A stretch of DNA of 64,000 nucleotides from Azolla caroliniana (GCA_043228905.1 JBHGNT010000012.1:5456001-5520000), one strand, 5' to 3'. Shown: positions 10,686 to 22,765, counted from the first letter of the stretch. Notes: generated by a model from the letters alone, not told the origin. Made by a program: numbers and translations.

Positions 10686-13600
10686 TCACTTCGGCATGGG
10701 ATGTCTCTCCAATCCGATCCTCTTCCGGCATGCTTCCAGCTTGTCGGGTGTGAGCACCTTGGTCAGCATATCCGACCCGTTCTCGTCCGTGTGGATCTTC
10801 GTCAGTGCGAACTCCTTGTCTTCTATCCTTTCCCGGATCCAGTGATATCTTCGCTGGATGTGCTTCGTCCGGGAGTGATAGGCCGCGTTCTTCGCAAGGT
10901 GGATGGCACTCTGACTGTCGCAGTAGAGTCGGTACTCCTCCTGCCGGATACCGAGCTCTCTAATGAAGTCCTTCATCCATATCATTTCCTTGCCGGCTTC
11001 AACAGCCGCCATGTACTCCGCCTCCGTGGTTGACAATGCAACCGTCTTCTGCAGCCTCGACTGCCACGAAACAGCTCCCCCTGCATACGTCATCACATAC
11101 CCTGATGTGGACCGGCTGGTATCTGCATCAGCCGACATATCCGAATCGGTAAAGCCGTCGAGTTCGGGCTTACCGGAGCCGAATCGGAGGCACACGTTTT
11201 CCGTGCCCTTCAGGTATCGGAGTATCCACTTGGCCGCGTTCCAGTGTTCTTTGCCGGGATTGCTCATGTACCGGCTCACCACTCCGACTGCATATCCTAT
11301 GTCCGGTCTTGTACACACCATTGCGTACATCAAGCTTCCGACGGCAGAGGCGTATGGTACTTTCATCATGTCCTCCTTCTCAGCCTTTGTCTTCGGGCTT
11401 TGCTTGCTGGACAACTTGCAGTTTGCCGGGAGGGTTGACCCGACCGGTCTTGCTTCCGACATGTTGAACCGGTGAAGCACCTTTGTCACGTACTTCTCCT
11501 GTGACAGCCACAACTGCTTCTTCTTCCGGTCCCGGATGATGTGCATCCCTAGTATTTGCCTCGCCGGACCCAGGTCCTTCATTGAGAAGGTTCGGTGAAG
11601 CGCTTTCTTCAGCATCCGTATCTTGGCCTGGTCCCGTCCGACGATCAACATGTCGTCCACGTACAGGAGGAGTGTTAGGAAGTCTCCTCCTTCGAACTTC
11701 TTCACAAACACGCAGTGATCGGACTGCGTTTTGTGGTACCCTTCGTCGGTCATGAAAGAGTCGAACTTCCGGTACCATTGCCGGGGAGCCTGCTTCAGTC
11801 CGTAAAGGCTCTTCTTCAACCGGCATACCAGGTGCTCCTTCCCTTTCTTCTCGAATCCTTCCGGTTGCTGCATGTAGATCTCTTCTTCGAGGTCACCGTG
11901 AAGGAATGCCGTCTTCACGTCCATCTGTTCTACCTCGAGGTCCATGCTTGCCGCTATGCTCAGCACCGTCCGGATGGAGGTCATCTTCACTACCGGGGCA
12001 AATATCTCATCGAAGTCGACGCCCTTTTTCTGCTGGAACCCCTTCACCACGATCCTGGCTTTGTATCTCGGGGGGTTGCCGGCATCTCCCGGTTTTAGCT
12101 TGAACACCCACTTGTTTCGAAGTGCCCGCTTTCCTTTCGGCAACTCCACAAGTTCATATGTGTGGTTCTCATGCAGGGAATCCATCTCCTCCTGCATGGC
12201 ACTTAACCACCTGCGGTCATGGGTGTCAAGCTTTGCTTCTTCAAAACTCTCCGGCTCCCCCTCGTCGGTTAGCAGCACGTGCTCTGGTTCCGGAAATCTC
12301 CGGGGGGCCCTTCTCTCTCTTAGAGGATATCTCCGTTCCGGAGCTTCGGTAACCGGCTCCTCCGTTTCCTCTTCATCCGAATCCATTTCGAGATCGGGGC
12401 CGGTTCCGGTATCAGTTTCATCTTCCTCGGCCGGTTCTGTTTCTACACCGTCTTCAGCCGGATCCTCGAGTGCTAACCGGTCCCTTGCCGGTCGGGACTG
12501 CTCCTCGTAGAGTTGATCCTCACCGGTCGACTTGGAGCTTTTCATCTTCTTCTCCGACTCCCAGTCGGCGAGTGTCTTGTCCTCCATGAAGATGATATCA
12601 CGACTCCGAAATATCTTTTTGTCGACCGGGTCCCATACTCGGTAGCCGAACTCGTCATCGCCGTAACCGAGGAATATGCATGGTCGGGTCTTTGGATCTA
12701 GCTTTCCTCTCCGGTCCTTTGCCACATGCACATATGCGAGACACCCGAACACCTTCAGATGCCGGTAGGATACTTCCCTACCGGTCCACAATCTTTGCGG
12801 CGTGTCTCCGTCCAAAGGTACTGAGGGTGATCTGTTTATCACGTATGTCGCCGTCGACATTGCCTCAGCCCAAAACCCCTTGGGTAATTTCGCATGCGCC
12901 AGCATACTCCGGACCCTCTCCATTATGGTCCGGGTCATCCTCTCGGCCAGCCCGTTCAGTTCCGGCGTCTTCGGCACAGTAAACTCGAGCCGGATTCCCT
13001 TCGAGCGACAGTACTCCTCGAACTGCCCCCGGTATTCCCCTCCGTTATCCGCTCGTATCGCTTTCAGCTTCTTGCCGGATTCCCTTTCCACTCTCGCGTG
13101 GAGTTCTTTGAAGACGCACAACACTTGGTCCTTTGTCTTCAACAGTGCCGTCCACAGCTTCCGGCTGTGGTCATCAATGAATGTCACGAAGTACTGGGCT
13201 CCGCCATGTGACTTCGTTTCTACTTGACACACGTCAGTGTGCACCAACTCCAATGGTGCGCTACGTCTCGTCGGTGGCCTTGAGTGGAAGGAGGTTCGGT
13301 TCTGCTTACCGGCCAGGCAATCGGTGCACTTCTCCAGGTGCACGTGCTTCACTGGAATAAGGTTGTCTTCTGCAAGCCTCTTCATCCCCTTCTCACTCAT
13401 GTGGCAAAGTCTCTTGTGCCACAGCTCACCGGCAGTGTCGGCTGCCACGTTCAACTCCTCCGGACACAACCAGGCATTCATAAGGTACAGTGTGTTGACT
13501 TTCCGGGCCCGAGCCACTATCAGGCTCCCCTTGCTGAACTTCATTACGCAGTTCCGGATGCTACCTGTGTAGCCTTCATCGTCTAGCCTCCCGGCCGAAA

Positions 13601-14759
13601 TCAGGTTCAATCGAACCTCCGGAACGTGTCGGACATCCTTCAGCAGCATTTTGCATCCGGTCGAGGTTGTCAACCACACGTCTCCTATGCCGGCAATCCA
13701 GCACGTACCTTCATTTCCCATCCGAACACAGCCATGCTCACCGGCTGTGTAGGATGAGAAGTATCTTCTTTCCGGGGTCAGGTGGAACGACGCTCCGGAA
13801 TCGACCACCCAGGTAGTCTCATCGCCGGCAATGTTTAGTTTACCTTCTTCGGTGATGAGCATGATCTCCTCTTCACTTGCCGCGAGTGCCGTCGTTCCTT
13901 TCCGGTCCTGCCCTCGCCGATCCGAACCATTCCGGTCCGTGGCTCCCCGGTAAGCACCGTTCCGTTCCGAAGACTTCTTCGAATCGGTGTCGTCGGCTCC
14001 GTTGTCTTTTCGGTAATGCCGACAATTCTTCCGGAAGTGCCCCGGCTTCCCACAGTGGAAGCATGTGGGCCTTCCTCTTGACTGCGACCGGGTCCCCGAC
14101 TTCTCCCGTCTTTGCGGACTCCGGTTCCGTTGTCTTCCCCGATCCGATTCGGTAAGCAGCATCTTCGGATCGGAGGCTGGTTCTTTATCTCTCCGACGCG
14201 CTTCTTCATTCAAAATTCTTGTCTTTACCGTTTGTAGAGACAAGTTATCTTCGGTGCAGGAGGTGCTGAGAGTCACCACCAAGTTCTCCCAGCTTTCCGG
14301 CAATGTACACATCAGGATGATGGCTTGCATTGCATCCTCCAACGGGAACTTGATCGCCGCAAGCTGGTTCACGAGTCCCATGAACGTGCTTACGTGTTCC
14401 ACCATACTCTCGCCGTCCCGGTACTTGAGGTTCACTATCTTCCTCATCAGGGAGGTCCGGTTCAACGCATTCTTCTTCTCGTAGAGGCCCGACAGCTTCC
14501 GCCACATCTCATATGCGTTGGTGTCGTTCGCCACATGTTGTAGAACGCTCACGTCGACGTATTGCCGAATGGTTGCAACGGCTTTCCGGTTCAGAAGCCT
14601 CCATTCCGTCTCAAGTACCCCCTTGGGTATTTCCGACCTGTCGATCGGTTCATACAGGTCCCGAACAATGAGCAGATCCTCCATCTTTATCTTCCAGTCG
14701 GCGTAGTTCTGCGCATTCAGCACCATCATCCCCGGCTGCCCGTTGCTGCCGCCTTCCAT
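10686..14759 (-). CDS. Copia Gag-Pol polyprotein, uninterrupted (~1357 aa from ATG 14759)
   Basis: CFHCGKPGHFRKNC; WVVDSGAS; LWHKRLCH...CTDC; VHTD/ADNGGE/LAE; YVDDM; FTDSD...TEAEY...YCDS...SDMLTK. Confidence 0.96.
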   Translation of the reverse strand: MEGGSNGQPGMMVLNAQNYADWKIKMEDLLIVRDLYEPIDRSEIPKGVLETEWRLLNRKAVATIRQYVDVSVLQHVANDTNAYEMWRKLSGLYEKKNALNRTSLMRKIVNLKYRDGESMVEHVSTFMGLVNQLAAIKFPLEDAMQAIILMCTLPESWENLVVTLSTSCTEDNLSLQTVKTRILNEEARRRDKEPASDPKMLLTESDRGRQRNRSPQRREKSGTRSQSRGRPTCFHCGKPGHFRKNCRHYRKDNGADDTDSKKSSERNGAYRGATDRNGSDRRGQDRKGTTALAASEEEIMLITEEGKLNIAGDETTWVVDSGASFHLTPERRYFSSYTAGEHGCVRMGNEGTCWIAGIGDVWLTTSTGCKMLLKDVRHVPEVRLNLISAGRLDDEGYTGSIRNCVMKFSKGSLIVARARKVNTLYLMNAWLCPEELNVAADTAGELWHKRLCHMSEKGMKRLAEDNLIPVKHVHLEKCTDCLAGKQNRTSFHSRPPTRRSAPLELVHTDVCQVETKSHGGAQYFVTFIDDHSRKLWTALLKTKDQVLCVFKELHARVERESGKKLKAIRADNGGEYRGQFEEYCRSKGIRLEFTVPKTPELNGLAERMTRTIMERVRSMLAHAKLPKGFWAEAMSTATYVINRSPSVPLDGDTPQRLWTGREVSYRHLKVFGCLAYVHVAKDRRGKLDPKTRPCIFLGYGDDEFGYRVWDPVDKKIFRSRDIIFMEDKTLADWESEKKMKSSKSTGEDQLYEEQSRPARDRLALEDPAEDGVETEPAEEDETDTGTGPDLEMDSDEEETEEPVTEAPERRYPLRERRAPRRFPEPEHVLLTDEGEPESFEEAKLDTHDRRWLSAMQEEMDSLHENHTYELVELPKGKRALRNKWVFKLKPGDAGNPPRYKARIVVKGFQQKKGVDFDEIFAPVVKMTSIRTVLSIAASMDLEVEQMDVKTAFLHGDLEEEIYMQQPEGFEKKGKEHLVCRLKKSLYGLKQAPRQWYRKFDSFMTDEGYHKTQSDHCVFVKKFEGGDFLTLLLYVDDMLIVGRDQAKIRMLKKALHRTFSMKDLGPARQILGMHIIRDRKKKQLWLSQEKYVTKVLHRFNMSEARPVGSTLPANCKLSSKQSPKTKAEKEDMMKVPYASAVGSLMYAMVCTRPDIGYAVGVVSRYMSNPGKEHWNAAKWILRYLKGTENVCLRFGSGKPELDGFTDSDMSADADTSRSTSGYVMTYAGGAVSWQSRLQKTVALSTTEAEYMAAVEAGKEMIWMKDFIRELGIRQEEYRLYCDSQSAIHLAKNAAYHSRTKHIQRRYHWIRERIEDKEFALTKIHTDENGSDMLTKVLTPDKLEACRKRIGLERHPMPK

Positions 14760-14790
14760 TGTCTGCACTGCAGTCGCTCTGATACCAGAT

Positions 14791-15406
14791 TGTTAGGGAA
14801 TCGACGGTTTTAAAAAAACCTTCAGCTTTCGGCCACAACCGAGGGAAACACGAGTCAGTGCAGCAGTAAATCCAAAACACAGAGAGAGACTCGAATGCAC
14901 AGGGTTTAGCGTGGAAAACCCTAAACGGGAAAAAAACCACGGGAGTGCAAGACTCCAACTATCACTATACGCAGGGAATGTACAATGGCGAGCTGCAAGG
15001 CGACGACCTTGAGCTTGCTGTCCTCGCCACGGGCGGCGGTATTACACAAAGGCGTCGACCTCTTCCTTTCTCTCTCTCTCTCTCGGCTCCTCTCACTTCG
15101 CTCCCTCTAAGTGGAAAACAAAAAATGAGCAACAACACAAAACTATTTGCCCTAAGTCATATTTATACACATATGACTTTCGGGCTATTTACAAATATAG
15201 CCTCAAGGGCCCTTAGCAAACATATTCACAAATATGTCCCCGCATCCGGATCTCTCTCCGGGTACATACGTCATCCGGCTCCGTAGCCGGGGTCTTCGTC
15301 ATCCGGCTCCGTAGCCGGGGTCTTCGTCATCCGGCTCCGTAACCGCAACCGGGCTTGCCGTCATTCATCTCCGGACATCCCATCCGGAGGGACCGAGATC
15401 CCAACA
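14791..15406 (-). repeat. 5' LTR of Copia C (616 bp)
   Basis: TGTTGGGA...CCCTAACA on the minus strand; adjacent iMet PBS. Confidence 0.96.
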
Positions 15407-15411
15407 CCCGG

Positions 15412-18400
15412 CTATTACATTAATATTACACGGACAGGAAATTCTGGGATGTGTAATCGACGGCGGCTCAGGCGTCAATGTAATTAGCGCGAAAACTTGC
15501 GAGCAGTTAAACATTTCAGAATGGGAGGCTTGCCCATTCTGGCTCCGAATGGCAGATACCCGCTCAGTACGACCATTGGGGTTAATTCGCAAAATAGGCA
15601 TTATCGTGGGCGAACACCGCTTCGACATCTCAGTGGTCGTCCTCGCCTTGGACACCCCAGGGGCGTACCCAGTGCTTCTGGGCAGACCATGGCTCCGGGC
15701 AACAAATATCAAGCAGAGCTGGCAACACAAGTGTATCAGTTTCCGACACGGACACACCAAGGTTCGCGTACCTACGAAAGGAAGCACGCCACAACCCAAG
15801 GGTATAACACCATTATACGTAGAAGATATAAATATGTTGGTTGGGGTGGAGGATGCAGAATTAGAGGCATACCTAGATGAGCACCCACGAATCATTCCGC
15901 TGTTCGAAATCGACGTCATCGCAACCTCGGCAGGATATGCCACGGCCACTATTCCCCACGAAGAGGCTTATGAACCAAACCCAGAGTCCATATTGGAACT
16001 CATCAGAGCACGGGCGGCATTCGAAAGGGAAATGGAGATTTCACGACGAGTCACCGCTTCCGCCCTGGAAGAAGTAAATGTGGGTACGGAATCAGAGCCC
16101 CGTTTCCTCTCCATCACAAAGGAATTAAGGCCGGACTAGAGAAACACGATGATCGCACTACTCAAGGAATATAAGGATGTGTTCGCTTGGGCTCACGAGG
16201 ACATGAAGGGGTTAGATCCCAAGTTCTATCAGCATAAGATCAATTTAGCAACCGACACGAAACCCGTCCAACAACGCCGCTACCGCATGAACCCGAACTA
16301 CGCGACCCGCATGAAAGAAGAAATTGAGAAGCTCTTGAAGGCGGGGTTCATACGACCAGTTAAACAAGCAACATGGTTAAGCCTGTAAGTGGTCGTTCCA
16401 AAGAAAAACGGCAAAATACGAGTATGCGTAGATTACCGAAAATTAAACGTCGTAACCATTACGGACGCATTTCCCTTACCCTTTACCGATAGCGTACTGG
16501 ACACCGTCGCAGGACATGAGTGTTGGGAGACAAGTCCCTCCGGATGGGAAGGGTGAAGAACAGTGCCGATGAACAAACTCGACCGAGGCCGAAACCGTAT
16601 GAGGTGGACCCGGCTACGGAGAGCCGGATGATGCAGACCCGGTGAAGACCGGATGAGGAGTACCCGGCTACGGAGAGCCGGATGATGCAGACCCGATGAA
16701 GACCGAATGAGGAGTACCCGGCTACGGAGAGCCGGATGATACAGACCCGGTGAAAACCGAATGAGGAGTACCCGGCTACGGAGAGCCGGATGGTACAGAC
16801 CCGGTGAGAACCGGATGAAGAGACATATTCGTAAATATGTTTCTGAGAGTCCATCGAGACTATATTTGTAAATAGCCGAAAAGTCATATTAGTATAAATA
16901 TGACTTAGGGCAAACTTTTAGCGTGTTGTTGTCATTTTCTTGTTGGTGCAAGAAGAGAGAGCGTGTAACAGTGTACAGAGAGAGAGAGAGAGAGAAAGAG
17001 GTCGCTGCCTCTGTTGTAACCGCCGCCTGTGGCGAAGATCTGTGAGCACGAGGTCGGTGCCTCAGTGAACTCATTGTTGTACATTCCATCATAGTGATAG
17101 TTTGCAGCCTGTGGGCTGCCGTGGTTTTTCCCCTAGTTTGGGGTTTTCCACGTAAACCTCCTGTGCACCTTTTCTCTCCTTTGTGTCGTGTTTTTTTCCG
17201 TTTCCTGTTTTCTGTGTATGATTCTAAGCTTGGTTGTGGCCGAGCGTTGTGCATAACGAGCCTTGAGTTCCCGTCAATGAGATGTACAGTTTTTTAGATG
17301 GCTTCAATGGCTATAACCAGGTACGCATGCATCCCGAGGACCAAGAAAAGACGACATTTGTCACGAACTAGGGAGTATAGGTGGCAGTCGTCATGATGTT
17401 CGGGCTAAAGACGGCGCCGACAACATTTCAACAGACAATTACGGAGATCTTTGGGGAATACATTCCGGCGTTCATGCAAGTTTTTTAAGACGACTTTGCG
17501 GTATATGGGAGAACAATAGACCATTTTACGCATTTACAACTATGCCTGGAACGTTGCTGCACCGCACGCTTAAGTCTGAATCCACGAAATGTGCTTTCAG
17601 CGTGACCAGCGGGACTCTCCTGGGCCATATAGTCTGCAAGGAGGGAATAGCGGTTGATCTGAACAAGATCTCCGCGATTACGCAAGCCAAAACTCCGGCA
17701 AAAGCCAAATCGCTTAGCAGGTTTTTAGGACAAATATGGTGGCATAGTCAGATGATACGGTATTTGGCGGACTTCGCCACGTCGTTACATGATGTCATAT
17801 ATCGGACTCCTTTCCAATGGACTGCAACGGAGGATAAGGCCTATGAGGCACTTAAGATAATGCTCACACAAGCCCCCGTCGTACAACCACCAGTTTGGGC
17901 GAAGCCATTCCACGTGTTTGTCGACGCCTCGGACATAGCAATAGGAAGTGCACTAATGCAGCTCACGGAACCAAACTGGTACCGGCCAGTATACTACGCT
18001 AGTCGCAAATTATCAAGTGCAGAGCGTAACTATTCCACGACGGAGCGGGAGGCGCTAGGGATGATCTATAGCATCAATAAATTCCGGCATTATTTACTAG
18101 GAAGGAAATTCACGTTCCACGTGGATCATTCGGCGCTGCTGTATTTGGTGGAGAAACAAGCCCTGACGGGGAAATTGGCGCGGTGGATGCTGATGCTCCA
18201 AGAATTCGATTTCGTAATCCGGCACCGACCAGGGACGCAACACGCAGTGGCGGATTTTTTGAGCAGACTCGAGAATGGAGAAACAATACAGAAAGATGAC
18301 GACGATTTTCCGGACGCCAACATCCTCCGGGTAGCAGCACCAGCAGAAAGAACGGAATCGACCTTTCGGAACCAGTGGCTTATGCAAATGACGTACTTTT

Positions 18401-19686
18401 TGACTACGGGACTACTTCCACCACAATTACGCACGGACGAGAAGAAACGACTAGCCATCCGAAGCCATCACTTCTGCCTCGTCGAAGGCGTTTTATATCA
18501 CAAAGGAAGTGACGGCATTTGGCGACGTGGGGTACGTCAGGATGAGAAGGAAGCAGTTTTACAAGAGGCACACTGCGGCACGACAGGCGGCCATTACGCG
18601 AGCGACGTTAGAGCCCGGAAAGTATGGCAGGCGGGCTTATGGTGGCCAACAACGCAGAAGGATGCAACCGAGTATTGTAGAAAGTGTGATTTGTGTCAAC
18701 GGATGGGCCAACCCGCGGAGGATGCAAGGATGCCACACCAGCCCGTATTACCGCTAGACCCCTTCCAAAAGTGGGGATTAGACTTTGTGGACCCCTTCAC
18801 ACCGGCGGTAGCCCGTACGGGCAATAAATACATATTGGTAGCCACGGATTATTGCACCAAGTGGGTAGATGCAAAGGCACTACATGAAAATACGGCGGCC
18901 GTCACAGCCAGATTCCTTTACGAGCACATCTGGTGCCGGTTCGGCTGTCCGATTGAGCTCATCAGTGACCAGGGGAGTCACTTTCTCAATACGGTGGTTC
19001 GAGAACTAACACATCATTACGTCGTAGTCCATAAGAAGAGTACGCCATATTATCCGCAGGCGAATGGGTTAGCAGAATCCACCAACAAGACGTTGCAGAC
19101 CATTTTGAAGAAAATCGTCAATGAAAATAGAACGGACTGGGATACCAAATTACAAAGTGCGTTATGGGCGTACAGAACCAGCTACAAAACAAGCATACAG
19201 TCAACACCGTTTCGACTAGCGTTTGGGTTGGAGGCTGTGATGCCGGTCGAATTTCAGGTACCCAATTTGTGAATTCAGGTACGGACCCGACTATCAGAAG
19301 CCAAGTCGGAGGAGGTACGGCTCCACCAACTCCTCGAACTCGGGGAAAAACGCGTACACAGCATGGCTGTGTTGGAGCAGGAACAGCAACGGCGTAAAGC
19401 GTTTGTGGATCGACATCGGAATGCAAGGGAAAAGGAGTTTGCCGTGGGTCAAGCGGTGCTAGTTTTCCAAACTCGCATGGGCCATATGCCAGGGAAGTTA
19501 TGATTCCGTTAGACCGGCCCATATTGGATAATTGGAGCGGAACAAGGCACGTTCCAACTAGGTACGCTAGCCGGGGAAGTAGTACAGCAAAAGGTGAATG
19601 GGTTTCGGCTCAAACCTTACCTAGGCCCTACACCACCTAACCCATTCACCGCCGAACAGGACAGAGCCGGAGAACCTGCAACGTAA
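15412..19686 (+). pseudogene. PR-RT-RH-IN of Athila-like Gypsy (multiple stops; RT split by solo LTR)
   Basis: PR CVIDGGSGVNVI...LLGRPW; RT VCVDYRKLN, FLDD; RH VDASDIAIG...EREAL...VDH...ADFLSR; IN H-H-C-C, WGLDF/SDQG/LAE, TGPY. Confidence 0.92.
16521..17276 (+). mobile_element. Solo LTR (Copia, related to element C LTR)
   Basis: TGTTGGGA...TCCCGTCA; perfect TSD atgag at 16516-16520 and 17277-17281; host RT frame rejoins (GHE|MYSF); about four 54-bp tandem units at 16600-16820. Confidence 0.93.
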
Positions 19687-19827
19687 ATGGACGGCCCCAC
19701 TTGTACCATAATGTAAAAATAGGTTGTAGATAACTGTTACGAAAAAAAAAAGAGAGGAGAAGATAGCAACTATTAAAACGACTAAAGGCATGCACAAACT
19801 CCTAGTTCAAGAACACGAGGCACCACG

Positions 19828-22765
19828 ATGGCTCACCGCCCAATGAACCCTAAGCCAAAAAATGAAGGAAATAGAAGATTTTCTGCACAAAACAGAAACC
19901 CATCTTCTAGCTATCAACACTCCCATCGCTCCTCGCCCTCACCTTCTCCTCCATCCTTTCACAAAGCTTCAGCCCACCACAACCATTGGTCTCCTTCCCA
20001 CGAACCTCCTCTGGCGATGTCGATCTTCATCTCTACTGCCTTACGCCGATGGCTCGTGGAGAAACGCCTGGATGGGTACATCTGGGTCGCAGAAGCACCC
20101 CCACACCCGGATGCCATGGACATCTCCAGGAAGCTTAACATCGACACGGTCACCAACTCCTCCATCCGGAAGAAGTTGGACCTGTCATCACTAGGCGAAA
20201 GGCATTTCGAAATCCCTCCTGCAGAGGCGCTGCAGCGATATTTCGAGCCATATTCCTCCTCCGCCAAGGCCTATAGAACGAAGCATATTCCGGATCCCTT
20301 CTTCCGTGAAGTTGCCAAGTTCTTGCTAGAAGTCGTTTGCGTACATGTCAACGCATATGGAATGCCCAAGCAGAAGGCGGGCATCATTATCGATACCTTT
20401 GAAGGGCGTGCGGTCGATTGGGGGGTCATCATAGGGCCGGCGTTAAGGGAAGGCCTGCATGCGTATCGGGTAGGCAAAAAGCTCAGGCCGATCATACAAC
20501 AGTACCTTACGGTATTATTCCCACCCCGAGGCCTGCCGGCACCACAACCCAGCCGACCCACGCCCCCGCCCCGATCCGCGAATCGCAGGTTATCGGAGTT
20601 AGCGGCCCCATAGTGGGAAGAGGAACCCCAACCCGCCCAGCCAGACCTAAGGACAACAACTACCGACCAGCCGGACACACGGACAACGCAAGAGGAACAG
20701 CCGGCACGTTCCGTGGAAGCAGCCCCTGAGCCAGACACCAAAACACGGCAGGATAGCCCCAGACCGAAACGGCATAGATTGGATAGGGAAGATGGGCGGG
20801 GGTTGGTCAAAGAAGTCCCCACGGCAACAGAGACACCGACCAAAGGCAATGGCTCCGTAGCTACGGAACCCAATACCACCTTCGAAATCATCTGAGAGCC
20901 ACGACTGATCATTACGACCCAGTCCCAACGAGGGAAAGCCGTATTGACGGCGGAAAGCGAGGTTTTGGCATATCTAGATATCCCGGATATGGCCCATGAG
21001 TTCAGCGCCCTCTTACAGTTCGGAACTTCTTACGAGCTCATGGAATTCCTAGCAACACAACAAGTTAAAGCCTCCCAACGAATGGCCGAAGAGCACGCAG
21101 AACGCCAGATGATCGAGCACGCCTTAACATAAACGGTAGAGAGCGACGATGAGGACCGATTAGCCAGGGTCGACAGACAGAGGAACGCCGGGTCACGCCG
21201 AGTGGGGATGGAGATACCCCCATTAAACCCGGCCCTAGTCGAAGTCCATAGGGAACTAGCAAAGGTCAGCACGGGCGCCAAGGAGATGGCCATTAAAAAT
21301 AAGAATGTCTGGAAGAAGGTGAAATTGACCCAAGCCGAACTGCAAAAAGCCAACGAACGCATCGCAGAGTTAGAAGCTAACGCGACTACGGCGCAACACC
21401 CAACTCCGCCACCAAACCATGCCATTGACGCTTTAAAGGAAGAAATTGAGGCTCAGACTGTCATCGCCTCAAAAGCGAAAAGGGTCGTGCAACTAGCGGA
21501 ATCAGAAATTGACCGCCTTCGAGCTGAACTACGCCAATTCTCAGACAAAGAAAAGGAGATACGGGCTAACAGCCGGAAGGCAGTAAAAACCCTTGAAGAG
21601 AAACTCGCTACGGAGGTAGCTCAACACATCCGGACAAAAGACGAAAACGCCCAATTACGGGAGGACGCGAAGAAATCGGAGGCGGCAATCGCGGGACTCC
21701 GGGCCTTATTAGAGAAAAAGAAGGTATGGTTTGACGAGCAGCTAGTGGTCGAACAAGAAAGAAGGCATCATCTCGAAATCCTCCTAAACAATGAAATGGG
21801 GAAATTAGAAGAACAACATGCAAAGGAAGCCCAGTAGTGGGCGGGCCTGAAGGCCACGTATGAAGAAGCGGCGGCGGTTAAACAACAAGAAATTGCAAAC
21901 CTCCAGAAGTCGATGGAGGACGCACGCAACCGTTGCCAGGCCATCACAAATAACGTGCGTATCCTTCTCCAAACAAATCGGGAGAGGTTCACAGCGCAAT
22001 TGAAAACGGCGTTGGACAAAGGATGGATGGCGTGGGCAACCCAAGCAGCGGAATTGCACGCGTATCATGCGGACTAGGAGAACCGGCGAAAAGATGGCTG
22101 AGAGTTCTATAAACTAAATGAGGAGAGCATTGCGGCCGTACGAGAGGACCTAGCGCAAGACTATCGTGCGCTAGCGGACCAACACTCCGAAGAACTCACG
22201 CAGCTCTTAGATGATTTTGGTGAAAGCTAGGAGGAGCTATTTCACCAGATCACACAAGCCGGCAACACGCGAACAAACGAGGAATCCAACGCGACGCCAA
22301 TTCCGGGCACGGCCGAAGAAGAGGAACCTCAGGCTTGATCACCAGAAATTACAATGATGGTGAACAGCGCGGACCGACGAGCAAAGTCCCCCACAATACC
22401 AGACAGCGAAACCACTGCCCAAGAGGAGGTTCATCCGCACGGACCACACGGAGAACGGTGCGGGTCAGGCGGAATCGCCGCCCCACTCCCCGGAACGTAC
22501 AAAGACAGCCGACACCACGGAGGAAGTAACGATTGAGACAGAGCCGCGGCCAACTGCAAGCACGACGACGGCGGAGCCCAACCCACAAGCTCAAGAAGAG
22601 CCCACCGTACCCGGACCGCCCACACACGACCACTGCGACACCGTGAGAAACCAATCCGACCAAACAGGGGAGCCACACCACGATGGACCTACGGGCCCTA
22701 CATCGCCTCCGAACGCGGACACCGCAGCAGAGCCAAACATCCGGGCCATTTTGGAAGAGGATTAA
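19828..22765 (+). pseudogene. Extra 3' ORF of Athila-like Gypsy: globular domain, Pro-rich linker, long coiled coil, low-complexity tail
   Basis: ORFs 19828, 20713, 20944, 21202 and 22354 are all in one frame, separated by single stops; probable frameshift near 22500. Confidence 0.75.

Larger units (their letters stand above)
10088..15406 (-). mobile_element. Full-length Ty1/Copia (Tork/Tnt1-like), element C
   Basis: LTRs 14791-15406 (5') and 10088-10675 (3'); PBS tggtatcagagc (iMet) 14787-14776; PPT aagggggagtt 10686-10676; TSD cccgg at 15407-15411, with the left copy at 3002-3006 split by the Gypsy. Confidence 0.97.

Noticed and set aside
16600-16820. Regularly spaced repeats resembling a CRISPR array
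   Set aside because: Units are head-to-tail with no unique spacers, lie inside a solo LTR, and the context is eukaryotic with no cas genes.
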